64,000 bases of DNA from Firmicutes bacterium CAG:95 (GTDB lineage: Bacteria; Bacteroidota; Bacteroidia; Bacteroidales; Paludibacteraceae), in NCBI GenBank assembly GCA_963615025.1, contig CAVEFV010000002.1:10755-74754 (forward strand), in the 5' to 3' direction. The notes under the pieces were generated by a model that was not told the DNA's origin, searched no databases, and saw nothing but the letters and a program-made list of their open reading frames with translations. Positions 28,568-37,777 of the stretch are shown here, piece after piece (the stretch's first letter is position 1; each line of letters opens with the position of its first letter). Position numbers and translations under genes: made by a program.

Positions 28568-30658
28568 CTACTTTAAGAGCGATACACTTCTATTGACAAA
28601 TTTAGCAAGTGCTTCACCTCTTAATAGTCCGGACGCAAGCATAGCAATATCAATAAGTTGTGGAATCTGTTCATTGTCGTTGGCAAAAGCAGCATATACT
28701 TGTTTTTTCTGCTCGCGTAAAGCAGCAAGTTTCTTCGTACAATTATCAACTGAATCTTTCTCTTCTTGTGTAAGTTCCTCTTCTTTCTTACCTTTCTGTT
28801 GTTCTTGTAGCACTTTTTCTTCTTCTTTCTTGGTCTCTAATTGCTCGTTGATAGGTGCCACTTTGCTATCAGTAGCCGTATGTATAGCAGCAAGGAGCGA
28901 TAGAACAAGCGGGTGTGCAGTATTGATAACCAAATTGTATTGGTCGGGCATCGTACCATAGAAAGAAAGTCCTTGCTGGTGTTGTGACATATCTTTCATA
29001 CGACGCATAAACTCGTTTTGTGTAAGGAACACAGGTAGAGCAGACTCTCCTACTGCTTCGAACGATACAAATATATTTGTCTTATCATTTTTAGGCAAGC
29101 GTGATTCAAAGGCAAATCGAAGGGCCTCAGTATCTGCATCAGATAGTGTAACTTGTGCCTTCTCTTCTTTTTGAATAAGATTCTCTACTATATCCGAATC
29201 AACACGCACGAAGCGTACTGCCTCCTTCTTCTCTGTTCCATCGGTTTGATAATTGCTGTTCTTTTCTTCGGTCTGCGAGATAATATGCACATCCAATTCT
29301 CCATTCATCAGCAATACATCGTATCCCTTTTGTTTAGCACGCTCTATATATGCGTAGGACTCATCAGGGTCTTGTGTGTAAAGACAGATTAGGTTACCAT
29401 TCTTATCGGTTTGTTGCTCTTTAATTTTATCTTTATACTCACTGAATGTAAAGAACTGGTGTTCTATATTCTCGAACAGAGCAAAATTGACTGCACGCTC
29501 GTAGAACTTTTCATCAGAGAGCATCCCATATTGGATGAATAGTTTAATATCGTTCCACTTTTTACAGAAGTCCTCTCTTTCATTCTTGAATATCTCTGCA
29601 AGTTTGTCTGCTACTTTCTTTGTGATATGAGATGATATCTTCTTTACATTCTGGTCCGATTGTAGATATGAGCGTGAAACATTTAGAGGTATATCAGGAG
29701 AATCGATGACCCCATGTAGAAGCGTTAGGTATTCAGGCACGATGTTTTCTATCTCATCTGTAACAAATACCTGGTTGCAATAGAGTTGTATTTTATTGCG
29801 GTGTACATCAAGGTTGTTCTTTATCTTCGGGAAATATAGAATACCTGTCAGATGGAAGGGATAGTCTACATTGAGGTGTATGTGAAATAGGGGTTCGTCT
29901 ATTTGATTCGGGTACAACTCATGGTAGAACTTTGTATAATCTTCTTCTGTTAGGTCGGCGGGCTTTCGTGTCCATGCAGGATTTGTATCGTTGATGATAT
30001 TATCTTCTGCGGTTTCTTGTTCGCGCCCGTCTTTCCATTCCTTTTTCTTTCCAAAGACGATCTCTACAGGAAGGAACTTGCAGTATTTGTTGAGTATTTC
30101 TTGTATTTTGCTATCTTCGAGCAGGTTGAGATTATCATCATCGAGATGTAGAATAATGTCGGTACCTCGTTCGGATTTGATGGTTTCTTCCATTTCATAT
30201 TCAGGGCTGCCGTCACATGACCAATGGACTGCTTTCTCGTTTTCTTTCCATGACTGTGAGATTATTTCCACCCGTTTTGATACCATGAAGGCGGAATAGA
30301 ATCCCAAGCCAAAATGTCCGATGATGGCTTGTGCGTTGTCTTTGTATTTATTGACGAACTCTTCTGCACCCGAGAATGCTATTTGGTTGATGTACTTATC
30401 TACTTCTTCGGAGGACATTCCAATGCCGTGGTCAGATACGGTGAGTGTATGTTTCTCTTTGTCGAGTAGTACGCGTACCTTTAGGTCTCCCAATTCTCCT
30501 TTGAACTCTCCTACAGCAGCAAGTGTTTTTAGTTTTTGTGTTGCATCTACTGCGTTGGATATTAGTTCACGGAGGAAGATTTCGTGATCGGAGTATAAGA
30601 ATTTCTTGATGACGGGGAATATGTTATCTGATGTTACCCCAATATTACCTTTTGCCAT
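28568..30658 (-). CDS. htpG: molecular chaperone HtpG (Hsp90)
   Basis: 696 aa. FLRELISNAVDA Bergerat ATP-binding N-box and GHFGLGFYSAF. Confidence 0.96.
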   Translation of the reverse strand: MAKGNIGVTSDNIFPVIKKFLYSDHEIFLRELISNAVDATQKLKTLAAVGEFKGELGDLKVRVLLDKEKHTLTVSDHGIGMSSEEVDKYINQIAFSGAEEFVNKYKDNAQAIIGHFGLGFYSAFMVSKRVEIISQSWKENEKAVHWSCDGSPEYEMEETIKSERGTDIILHLDDDNLNLLEDSKIQEILNKYCKFLPVEIVFGKKKEWKDGREQETAEDNIINDTNPAWTRKPADLTEEDYTKFYHELYPNQIDEPLFHIHLNVDYPFHLTGILYFPKIKNNLDVHRNKIQLYCNQVFVTDEIENIVPEYLTLLHGVIDSPDIPLNVSRSYLQSDQNVKKISSHITKKVADKLAEIFKNEREDFCKKWNDIKLFIQYGMLSDEKFYERAVNFALFENIEHQFFTFSEYKDKIKEQQTDKNGNLICLYTQDPDESYAYIERAKQKGYDVLLMNGELDVHIISQTEEKNSNYQTDGTEKKEAVRFVRVDSDIVENLIQKEEKAQVTLSDADTEALRFAFESRLPKNDKTNIFVSFEAVGESALPVFLTQNEFMRRMKDMSQHQQGLSFYGTMPDQYNLVINTAHPLVLSLLAAIHTATDSKVAPINEQLETKKEEEKVLQEQQKGKKEEELTQEEKDSVDNCTKKLAALREQKKQVYAAFANDNEQIPQLIDIAMLASGLLRGEALAKFVNRSVSLLK

Positions 30659-30704
30659 AATTATAAGTGTTTAGATTCTTTGTTATCGATATATGTCAGA
30701 TAGA

Positions 30705-31859
30705 TTATTTACTAAATAAGTTACTGAAGAAGTTCTTTCTGTCGGAGGATGACGGTTTGACATTCTCTGAAGCAGATAATTGTTCCATTAGTTTCTTCTC
30801 ATCTCGTGAGAGGTGTTCAGGGATATAGACATTAACATTGATGAGCATATCTCCTGTGGCGTACTGTCGTCCGTATTGGTCGATAGTAGGCAGTCCCTTA
30901 CCTCGTAGCCGTAATACTTTACCGGGTTGCGTACCTGGTGCTATAGTGACTTTGACTTTCCCGGTTAGTGTAGGTACCTCTATTTGTCCGCCGAGCGTAG
31001 CCGTAGGTACTGATAGAAGCAGGTTGTAGATTAGGTCAGAGCCGTCGCGTATGAGTTCGGGGTGTTCTACTTCTTCGATGAGTACGAGCAAGTCGCCATT
31101 TATTCCTCCTCTTGGTGCAGCGTTGCCTTTACCTTGCATGGTTAGTTGCATACCGTCCATGACACCTGCAGGGATGTGTATGGATATGACTTCTTCATCT
31201 CGTACGATGCCTTCTCCATTGCAGTGCGGACATTTGTTGCGTACAATTTTACCCTCGCCGTGACATACAGGGCAGGCATCTTGTACCTGCATCATACCGA
31301 GAAGTGTGCGTTGTGTACGCACTACCCGACCTGTTCCGTGGCATTGTTGACAAGTCTCCACTTTACCGTCGATAGAGCCTGTAGCGTGGCAGTCAGGACA
31401 AGGTATTTGTTTTTTGACGCGTATCTTCTTATCAACTCCCGTTGCTATTTCTTCGAGTGTCAGTTTCACTTTTACCCGAAGGTCGCTTCCCCGTGCTACC
31501 CGTTGTCCTGCAGTACGCCCTGAAGTAAATCCCCCGAATAAATCACCAAAGCCCGTCCCTCCAAAAAGGTCGCCAAATCGTGAGAAGATGTCTTCCATAG
31601 ACATGCCTCCAGATGAGAAGCCCGCAGCACCATTCATGCCTGCATGTCCGAACTGGTCGTATCGTTGCCTCTTTTGCGGGTCGGACAAGACTTCATACGC
31701 CTCCGCTGCTTCTTTGAACTTCTCTTCTGCAACCTTGTCTCCCGGATTTTTGTCCGGGTGATATTGTATAGCCTTTTTACGGTAGGCTTTTTTTATTTCG
31801 TCGGCTGAGGCGTTTTTATCGACGCCGAGCACTTCGTAGTAATCTCTTTTTTCTGCCAT
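30705..31859 (-). CDS. dnaJ: molecular chaperone DnaJ
   Basis: 384 aa. J-domain (YYEVLGV...YHPDKN), G/F-rich linker and four CxxCxGxG zinc-finger repeats. Confidence 0.97.
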   Translation of the reverse strand: MAEKRDYYEVLGVDKNASADEIKKAYRKKAIQYHPDKNPGDKVAEEKFKEAAEAYEVLSDPQKRQRYDQFGHAGMNGAAGFSSGGMSMEDIFSRFGDLFGGTGFGDLFGGFTSGRTAGQRVARGSDLRVKVKLTLEEIATGVDKKIRVKKQIPCPDCHATGSIDGKVETCQQCHGTGRVVRTQRTLLGMMQVQDACPVCHGEGKIVRNKCPHCNGEGIVRDEEVISIHIPAGVMDGMQLTMQGKGNAAPRGGINGDLLVLIEEVEHPELIRDGSDLIYNLLLSVPTATLGGQIEVPTLTGKVKVTIAPGTQPGKVLRLRGKGLPTIDQYGRQYATGDMLINVNVYIPEHLSRDEKKLMEQLSASENVKPSSSDRKNFFSNLFSK

Positions 31860-31886
31860 AGGATAGATGTCCTCTTGTTAGTTGTA

Positions 31887-32516
31887 TTAGTTACCTACCA
31901 CCACTTTGGCATAACGAATGACTTTTCCTGCGAGGGTGTAGCCTCGTTGTGTGCAGTCGATAACTTTGCCTTTCTGTTCAGGTGTTGTAGATGGTATAGT
32001 GGTGATGGCTTCATGGAACTCGGTATCAAAATCGGAGTCGGTAGTTTCGATAGGTTCTACTTCATACTTTTTGAGGAATGCGAGGAACTTGTCGTATATA
32101 AGGTTGATACCTTGTCGTACGGCTTCTATATCGTCGGTTTGAGCCATTGCGGTTTTTGCCCGTTCGAAGTCGTCAACAAGAGGTAACATATCACAGAATA
32201 TCTTCTCTCCTGCTGTTTTTGTTAGTTCGAGTTTCTCTTTATTTGTTCGCTGGCGGTAATTATTGAACTCTGCCAACATTCGTAAGTTTTTATCTGCCAA
32301 ATCGGCACATTTCTGTTCCAATTCAGCGATATGTTCGTTTAGTTGTTCGTCGGTTGGTTGATCGTTGTTGTTTTCTTCAAGCGGCTGTTCTTGTTGTTGT
32401 TCTTCTGTTGGTTGTTGCGGTGCAGCAGCCTCCGTCTGTGCAGTCTTTTCTGTTGCCTTGTTGTCGGCAGTCGGTTGAGAAGATGTATTCATATTGTTTT
32501 TGTTTTTCTTGAACAT
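31887..32516 (-). CDS. grpE: nucleotide exchange factor GrpE
   Basis: 209 aa. Acidic/Q-rich N-terminus, then LRMLAEFNNYRQRTNKE and the C-terminal GrpE beta-domain. Confidence 0.93.
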   Translation of the reverse strand: MFKKNKNNMNTSSQPTADNKATEKTAQTEAAAPQQPTEEQQQEQPLEENNNDQPTDEQLNEHIAELEQKCADLADKNLRMLAEFNNYRQRTNKEKLELTKTAGEKIFCDMLPLVDDFERAKTAMAQTDDIEAVRQGINLIYDKFLAFLKKYEVEPIETTDSDFDTEFHEAITTIPSTTPEQKGKVIDCTQRGYTLAGKVIRYAKVVVGN

Positions 32517-32657
32517 GGTTGCATTTATTATATAGTCGTTTTGTAGTAAGCAAAAAGATTGCCATGTGTATGGTGCTGCCAGAATGGCAGGGAGGATTTT
32601 TGTTTAGTTGATAGTTGATGGTTGATAGAGGATATAGTTGGAACGGATAAAAATGTG

Positions 32658-32665
32658 TATCTTTG
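32658..32665 (+). promoter_or_regulatory. -7 promoter box TATCTTTG
   Basis: Exact TAnnTTTG, 26 nt upstream of the ATG at 32691. It argues against the 32622 start. Confidence 0.55.
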
Positions 32666-32690
32666 CGGGCGCAAAATGAAATGTTATACT

Positions 32691-34769
32691 ATGAAGAAAC
32701 TATTATTATCGATTCTTTTCTGTGGTATGGGTGTGTCGTTTTATGCTGCCCAGACCACTTATACTTTTACCTCCAAGACTTGGGCATCGAAGGTGGGTAG
32801 TGTTGTTACCGACGGTAATACTGACGGTTGGACTTCGATAGAAGCAGGTCAGGACTATGTAGTTGGTCGTGAGACCCCTCAAGGATTGAACGGTCAAGGT
32901 ATACGCATTACCAATTCGACGAATGCGGAAGCACAGTCGGTGTTTGCTTTTACGGATGTGCGCAAGTTGGTGCTAAACTATTGTACCAATAACAAGAAAG
33001 GCAAGGGGGATGTTGTTATATGGGTAGGAGATAATGATTCGATAGTTACCTCTATTGCGGCTCCTTCGGACAACGGAGGTTTGAACAGGGAAGTAGAGAT
33101 AGTTGTCCCTTTTGTTCAGTCGGGAAAGATCCGAATGAAAGTTAAGTGTGCAGAGAGCAGCATTTATATCAATGAGATTACTGTAAAGGCATCGAATGCA
33201 AGTCCTTCGGTGGGTGGTTTGACAAAGAGCAGTTTTCAGTTGGTGACCAATATATCGCAATTAGCGGATAGTGATGAGGTGATGATAGGTGTGTCGGGTT
33301 CGTCGTATAACTATGTTATGGGTGTGTATGATGAGTCTGTGAGCAGGAATAATATACATGCCGTTCGTGCATCGTATTCGGCAGACCGTAATACGGTTAG
33401 TGAAGTGGCTGAGGCTGTTTATCGGTTGCGAGTGGTTACGAATGTGGAAGACGGCAGTGTGTCGTATACATTGCAGGACTATACAGATTGGTATATTGTG
33501 GCGAGCGGCGGCAATCCTAACAGGGGTAATAATAATTACTTGACTGTATGGGATACGGTGGACAGTCCTTCGTACGGCCGTTTTGGTTATTGGACGATAC
33601 ATATAGCGGACGATGGTGCGGCATCGGTAGTTAATGAGGGTTCGTCAAGAAGTAAGATGCTACAGTATAACAACAACGGAGGTACGCCTATTTTTGCTTG
33701 TTATGAGAACGCATCTCAGACCGCCGTTACTCTTTATCGCCGTGTTAGTGTACCTGCCGATGATGAGGCGTATATACAACCTACTTTTGTGAATTTCGGT
33801 ACGGCATTGCTTACTGCGGAGAGTATCAGCGATACGAAGAGCATAGTTGTTAATGCTATCAATCTGACGGCGGAGATCTGTGCCTCGTTGAAAGACGGGT
33901 CGGTGTTCTCGCTTGACAAGACGGAATTGGATAGGGACGGTGATCGTTTGAGTGTTTCTTATCAGGTGTCGGCCGAAGGTGCATACAAGGATACTATTGT
34001 ATTGAGCAGCGGCAGTACGCAGGTGGAAGTGCCGATCTTCTTATATGTGAACAGGCTTCTTACGATAGCGGAGGCAATGCAGTTGGATGAACAGAGTACT
34101 TGTTATCTGCAAGAGGTGGTAGTGACAAAGAAGTATAACAAATATATCTTTGTGCAGGATAGTACGGGTTCGATGTTACTTTTTGATGGTGGTAATATGT
34201 ATGGAAAAGAGTTGTCGAATGGTTATCGTTTGCAGGGAGTTACGGGCAAGTTTCAGAATTATTACGGAAATCCGAGTGTGAACCTTTCTGCAGCGTTTAC
34301 TTCGATCAAGGGTAAGGAATGTTTGCCTGCGGAACAACCGACGGCTTTGACAGAAGATGATGTATGTCGTTTTATTATTGTCCGCAATACGACCTTTAAT
34401 GGTGATATGGAGTGCCTTATAGGTGGTGTTTATGTACCTTTGTATGCTTTGTTTGGTGAGATGCCGACGATTAGTGAGGGTATGCGTTATGATGTGTCGG
34501 GTATTGTTTACAACTACAATGGTGTGGTGTTGTGTCCTGTTTCGGCGACGGAAGTCGGTACGGGTGTTGATGATGTAAGGTTGGCTGAACAATTGCAGTG
34601 GCGAGATGGCATGTTGCTTAATCCACAAGGGTTGCCACTGCGTATCTATTCGGTTTCCGGTACGCTCGTATTTAGTAGTTGCGGGGATGTTTGTACGGCA
34701 GAATGGGCGAGTGGTACTTATCTGATTTGTGCGGATGGTTTGAAGCCTTTGAAACTGACGATATGGTAA
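32691..34769 (+). CDS. secreted protein with T9SS C-terminal sorting domain; function unknown
   Basis: Signal peptide MKKLLLSILFCGMGVSFYAAQ. The C-terminus LRIYSVSGTLVFSS...WASGTYLICADGLKPLKLTIW fits the type-A CTD pattern. Confidence 0.75.
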   Translation: MKKLLLSILFCGMGVSFYAAQTTYTFTSKTWASKVGSVVTDGNTDGWTSIEAGQDYVVGRETPQGLNGQGIRITNSTNAEAQSVFAFTDVRKLVLNYCTNNKKGKGDVVIWVGDNDSIVTSIAAPSDNGGLNREVEIVVPFVQSGKIRMKVKCAESSIYINEITVKASNASPSVGGLTKSSFQLVTNISQLADSDEVMIGVSGSSYNYVMGVYDESVSRNNIHAVRASYSADRNTVSEVAEAVYRLRVVTNVEDGSVSYTLQDYTDWYIVASGGNPNRGNNNYLTVWDTVDSPSYGRFGYWTIHIADDGAASVVNEGSSRSKMLQYNNNGGTPIFACYENASQTAVTLYRRVSVPADDEAYIQPTFVNFGTALLTAESISDTKSIVVNAINLTAEICASLKDGSVFSLDKTELDRDGDRLSVSYQVSAEGAYKDTIVLSSGSTQVEVPIFLYVNRLLTIAEAMQLDEQSTCYLQEVVVTKKYNKYIFVQDSTGSMLLFDGGNMYGKELSNGYRLQGVTGKFQNYYGNPSVNLSAAFTSIKGKECLPAEQPTALTEDDVCRFIIVRNTTFNGDMECLIGGVYVPLYALFGEMPTISEGMRYDVSGIVYNYNGVVLCPVSATEVGTGVDDVRLAEQLQWRDGMLLNPQGLPLRIYSVSGTLVFSSCGDVCTAEWASGTYLICADGLKPLKLTIW

Positions 34770-35275
34770 AGATGTTGCGCATAGGTATAGTGGGTGCTGA
34801 GTCGTGCGGGAAAACTACACTCGCCCTATCTCTTGCGCAGCAACTACATGGGACTTTCGTGGGTGAGTATGCCCGTGATTATGTAGGGCAGTTGTCTGCT
34901 CCGTACACATATAATGATGTGGTGCATATTGCAAGGAAGCAGTGTGAAGAATTGTCGGCAGATTATCCGACGAAGTGGGTATTTTATGATACGGAACTGA
35001 TTATCACAAAGGTATGGTTCATGCATAAATATGGTTGTTGCCCTGCTTTCGTGACGGAAATGCTGAGGTCTTATCCTCTTGATTTTGTGCTGTTGTGTGC
35101 CTGCGATTTGCCTTTTGTTCCCGACCCTTTGAGGGAGAACCCTGCTATCCGTCCGCAACTGACTGCGTGGTACAGAGAAGAGTTGGAGGAATACGGGATA
35201 CCCTTCAGTGTTGTGAGTGGTATGGGAGATGCGCGTTTGCAATCTGCCTTGCACGCATTGAAACGGTTTGACTAA
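34763..35275 (+). CDS. P-loop ATPase, NadR C-terminal/nicotinamide-riboside-kinase-like (AAA_28)
   Basis: MVKMLRIGIVGAESCGKTTLA Walker A and GEYARDY. The start overlaps the upstream stop (ATGGTAA). Confidence 0.7.
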   Translation: MVKMLRIGIVGAESCGKTTLALSLAQQLHGTFVGEYARDYVGQLSAPYTYNDVVHIARKQCEELSADYPTKWVFYDTELIITKVWFMHKYGCCPAFVTEMLRSYPLDFVLLCACDLPFVPDPLRENPAIRPQLTAWYREELEEYGIPFSVVSGMGDARLQSALHALKRFD

Positions 35276-35376
35276 AGAATGCAGTAAAATCGCGTTGTGT
35301 TTTATCAATAGAGGTTATATTTTCAGGGTGTGATTTTGGTGGGTGATGAGTACCATTTTGGGAGGTAGTTTATAGG

Positions 35377-35420
35377 TTCGTCCTATATTCATCCTATATT
35401 CGTCCTATATTCATCCTTTG
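35377..35420 (-). repeat. 11-bp tandem array, locus 3 (4 units)
   Basis: Units in order: TTCGTCCTATA, TTCATCCTATA, TTCGTCCTATA, TTCATCCTTTG. This is the reverse-complement orientation. Confidence 0.9.
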
Positions 35421-35494
35421 AAACAGGCAGTATTTATCGGGCTTGACGGATGGTGAGTTTTTCGTTTTGGGGTTGAATAGGTATGCTTTCGGGC
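35415..35494 (-). repeat. conserved core of the modular element, locus 3
   Basis: 73 of 80 nt identical to the reverse complement of 52071-52150. Confidence 0.9.
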
Positions 35495-35719
35495 ATGAAT
35501 TCCATTTAGATCCTTTAAGAATTGAGTATAGCGGAGCAGGGGAGTGGGAAGGAAGTGGAATTTGACGGGATGGGAATGTGGCATTGCGTTGGTTTGCAGT
35601 AGGTTGACAGGATGATGGAAGATGGGATGGGGCAGGGTGGTGGTGCTATGGAAGGGGTGTTCTTACAGGGAAAACATTATTTTTTACCGAAAACGCTTGC
35701 ATAATCGGCACAGAAGCAC

Positions 35720-35727
35720 TACCTTTG
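35720..35727 (+). promoter_or_regulatory. -7 promoter box TACCTTTG for tRNA-Gln
   Basis: Exact TAnnTTTG, 50 nt upstream of the tRNA 5' end. Confidence 0.5.
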
Positions 35728-35776
35728 CAGTCGCTCTTGTAGAAGACGGCGGAAAGCATTTTGCTGGGGATGAAAT

Positions 35777-35847
35777 TGCCTAATGGTGTAATGGTAGCAC
35801 TACAGATTCTGGTTCTGTCTGTCTGGGTTCGAGTCCTGGTTAGGCAA
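35777..35847 (+). tRNA. tRNA-Gln (anticodon CUG)
   Basis: Hand-folded cloverleaf, 71 nt. Acceptor TGCCTAA/TTAGGCA with a U1-A72 pair. D-arm GTGT-AATGGTA-GCAC. Anticodon arm ACAGA-TTCTGGT-TCTGT. T-arm CTGGG-TTCGAGT-CCTGG. CCA is not encoded. Confidence 0.9.
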
Positions 35848-35941
35848 CAATAGGGAGATACGGTTTGCAGTTTGCAACAATCTTCTTTCTTTGTATTTCA
35901 CAGATAACACATTTTCTCTTGCATGTATCGGCAAAAGATTG

Positions 35942-35949
35942 TACCTTTG
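35942..35949 (+). promoter_or_regulatory. -7 promoter box TACCTTTG for porQ
   Basis: Exact TAnnTTTG, 34 nt upstream of the ATG at 35983. Confidence 0.5.
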
Positions 35950-35982
35950 CGGTGGTAAATTTTGCAGATGAACGGATAAAGG

Positions 35983-37074
35983 ATGCCGATTGTAATGGAT
36001 AGGAAGGAGCGCAATGGTCGCAAAGGCTCACGGATGTTGATGTTGGGTATTGCGACGGTGTTTGCCGTGTGCGTCTATGCGCAGGGGGGTAGTAGTGTAT
36101 ATTCGTTCTTAGACTTGCCTTATTCTGCCCGTTTGAACGGGTTAGGCGGTTCGACGGTATCGTTGAAGGAGGCGGAGTTGAGTTTGTTTACTTGTAACCC
36201 CGCCTTGCTGAGTCCTGCGACTGACAAGGTTCTGCAACTCAATTATGCGCACTATTTGGAGGGCGTGAACATCGGTTCGGTGCTTTACGGACATAATTAC
36301 AAGGAGAATTATTTTGCTGCTGCGATCCACTACTTGAACTATGGGAAGTTTGATTATGCGGATGAGTTGGGCAATCGGTTGGGGACTACTTTTACTGCGC
36401 AAGACATGTGTATCACTTTGTCTTATGCACGGCAGTTGGGTCCTTATTTCACGATAGGAACATCGTTGAAGCCTATCTATTCGCATTACGAGTCGTACTC
36501 GGCGTTTGCTTTGGCTGCTGATGTGGGCGGGCATTTCCAAACGAGGGACTCTACCTTTCAGTTGGGCATCAGTTTGCAGAATATCGGTTGGCAGTTGAAG
36601 GGCTTTTATACGACCGAGTCGGGTCAGCACAGAGAGCGGTTGCCCTTGAATCTGCAGTTAGGCATGAACTATCGTTTCAAGCATGCTCCGATACGGTTGA
36701 GCATGACTATTCATAATATGCAGCGTTGGGATTTGAGTTATCAACTCACCAATCAGCCGACGCAAGAGACCTATTCTGACGAGGAAGTGGTTACGGGCAA
36801 TTCAATACCGTGGTATGATATGATGTTCAGACACACCATATTCGCCATTGATATTGTTCCGAAGAGCGATAGGTTTTATGTTACCCTTTCTTATAATCAC
36901 CGTCGCAGGATGGAACTCGGTCTGAAGGACCAGCGTTCTTTTGCCGGTTTTGCCATTGGCGCAGGGTTGCGAATCCGCAATTTCCAACTTGGTGCAGCGT
37001 TCTCGCAGCAGACTAAAGGAGGATATATATACCAAGTCAGTTTGTCGATGAACATCAACGAGTACCTCAAATAA
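35983..37074 (+). CDS. porQ: type IX secretion system outer-membrane protein PorQ
   Basis: 363 aa. GGSSVYSFLDLPYSARLNGLGGSTVS is the conserved PorQ N-terminal motif, followed by a beta-barrel-like alternating pattern. The start could instead be an internal Met (36034). Confidence 0.8.
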   Translation: MPIVMDRKERNGRKGSRMLMLGIATVFAVCVYAQGGSSVYSFLDLPYSARLNGLGGSTVSLKEAELSLFTCNPALLSPATDKVLQLNYAHYLEGVNIGSVLYGHNYKENYFAAAIHYLNYGKFDYADELGNRLGTTFTAQDMCITLSYARQLGPYFTIGTSLKPIYSHYESYSAFALAADVGGHFQTRDSTFQLGISLQNIGWQLKGFYTTESGQHRERLPLNLQLGMNYRFKHAPIRLSMTIHNMQRWDLSYQLTNQPTQETYSDEEVVTGNSIPWYDMMFRHTIFAIDIVPKSDRFYVTLSYNHRRRMELGLKDQRSFAGFAIGAGLRIRNFQLGAAFSQQTKGGYIYQVSLSMNINEYLK

Positions 37075-37076
37075 CG

Positions 37077-37760
37077 ATGAGACGCATCAATGTTGCCATA
37101 GACGGATATTCTTCATGTGGCAAGAGTACGATAGCGAAGGCTCTTGCCCAGTATGCCGGTTACGCTTACATAGACTCTGGTGCGATGTATCGTGCCGTTG
37201 CGCTTTACTGTTTACGGAGCGGTATAATGGATGAGGAGCATATAGATGAGGAGATGCTGCGGGCGAGGATTGCATCGTTGCATATCAGTTTTCGTGTTAC
37301 CTCTGAAGGACAGAGGATTTGCCTGAACGGAGAGGATGTGGAAAGTGAGATCCGTACCTTGGCAGTGGGAAACGGTGCGTCGCGTGTCAGTACGATAGGC
37401 TTTGTGCGGGCGTTCCTGGTGGAACAGCAACAGCGGATGGGACGAGAGAAGGGTGTAGTGATGGACGGACGGGATATTGGTACGGTGGTCTTTCCTACGG
37501 CAGAGTTGAAACTGTTCCTTACGGCTGCTCCGGAAATACGGGCTCGTCGTCGTTTTACAGAACTGCAGGAGAAAGGGCTGAATCCTGACTTTGAAAGCGT
37601 GTTGCGAGATGTGAACGATAGAGATTATCGGGATACGCATCGACAGGAGAGTCCGTTGCGACAGGCAGAGGATGCGGTTGTGGTGGACAACAGCAGCATG
37701 AACAGAGAACAACAATTCGAATATATCCGCAAGATATTTGACCAGCGAATAGCCGAATAA
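37077..37760 (+). CDS. cmk: cytidylate kinase
   Basis: 227 aa. INVAIDGYSSCGKSTIAK P-loop and DSGAMYRAV. Confidence 0.94.
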   Translation: MRRINVAIDGYSSCGKSTIAKALAQYAGYAYIDSGAMYRAVALYCLRSGIMDEEHIDEEMLRARIASLHISFRVTSEGQRICLNGEDVESEIRTLAVGNGASRVSTIGFVRAFLVEQQQRMGREKGVVMDGRDIGTVVFPTAELKLFLTAAPEIRARRRFTELQEKGLNPDFESVLRDVNDRDYRDTHRQESPLRQAEDAVVVDNSSMNREQQFEYIRKIFDQRIAE

Positions 37761-37777
37761 CGCTTTATGATAGCGAG

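Noticed and set aside
32517-32620. Looked for a CIRCE/HrcA operator (TTAGCACTC-N9-GAGTGCTAA) in front of grpE and htpG.
   Set aside because: No such inverted repeat is present in either upstream region.
35624-35657. Run of G-tracts (GGG-at-GGGG-ca-GGG-t-GG-t-GG ... GGGG) upstream of tRNA-Gln, considered as a G-quadruplex.
   Set aside because: There are only three G3+ tracts within canonical loop lengths. The fourth needs a 16-nt loop or a bulged GG, so this is weaker than the 10868-10891 motif and is not reported separately.
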